DNA of 64,000 nt, from contig NC_087436.1 of assembly GCF_036321535.1 (NCBI RefSeq), positions 72,480,001-72,544,000 of the forward strand. The letters run 5' to 3'. A program made the translations under genes and the position numbers. Below are positions 63,371 through 64,000 of this stretch, one piece after another. Source of the stretch: Camelus dromedarius (lineage: Eukaryota). The stretch's first letter is position 1. Every line of letters starts with the position of its first letter. A model generated the notes under the pieces. It was not told where the DNA came from, ran no database searches, and saw only the letters and a program-made list of their open reading frames with translations.

Positions 63371-64000
63371 TACTTGCAGAGATGCTTATAACCAGGGAGA
63401 GATGAATAAATTAAAGACAGAAGAAATGATAGTGGAGTGCTGCAGCTCTTAGCCTTCTTTCTCACTTTAACAAGTGTTAGGAACGAATGCAAATACCAGT
63501 GAGGCCACATGCCCACCTCCCCCATTCTACAGGATTAGGGAAGGACTCCGTGATGAGAGGACTGAGGACAGGAAGGCAGGAGACCCTCCTACAGAGTGTA
63601 AGTGGGATCCAGCAGGATGAGTCCAGGGGAAGAGAAGCTCGTGGGATGATGAGAGCTATTTTCTGGTATGAACCTCAAACTCCAGTGGTAGACGAGTTTC
63701 TACATTATGTGACCCAATGCACCAGAGTGGAGAGACATCTAGGGAGACAGGGGTCCACTTCTCTCAGCCTACATGCATGCAAAGGCCACAGTTCATTTAA
63801 CGTTTAGATTCTTATAACAGACTTAATTTACTGAAAGCTTGAGTTTAGGAAATAATTAGGAGAATCCCACTGAGATCAGTAAACTGACTCCTACCGGAGG
63901 ACACAGCTGGGGAAGTGGAAAGGGCATATGATCCGGAATCTGAACATGAATTCAAGTCCTGACTCGAGGACGTGTCCTCTGGCAAGTTCACTTTATTGTT

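Overview
Mammalian genomic DNA, most likely a camelid (alpaca, llama or camel): it carries three copies of a tRNA-derived SINE resembling camelid Vic-1, and I saw no Alu or Bov-type SINEs. The window holds the 3' end of MTHFD2L on the + strand: the last three coding exons (1280-1372, 39280-39405, 59689-59801), two long introns (~37.9 kb and ~20.3 kb) and a 3' UTR with a probable poly(A) signal at 61034. Most of the rest is transposon-derived (L1, L2, MIR, MaLR and ERV1 LTRs, hAT and Tigger DNA elements). Main oddities: (1) a SINE copy that appears to have carried ~115 bp of MIR-like flank inside a perfect 16-bp target-site duplication (TSD), i.e. a candidate SINE 3' transduction; (2) a 5'-intact, 3'-truncated, tail-less L1 with a 12-bp TSD inside another L1's 3' end; (3) a disabled BOLA3 retrocopy in a three-level nest; (4) a decayed antisense ERV gag-pro-pol fossil broken just before the RT YxDD motif; (5) a sense LTR with AATAAA ending 76 bp upstream of the last coding exon. 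I found no evidence for a novel protein-coding system; most listed ORFs are spurious or repeat-derived. Repeat family names come from recalled consensus sequences, not database searches, and repeat boundaries are approximate unless a TSD is given.
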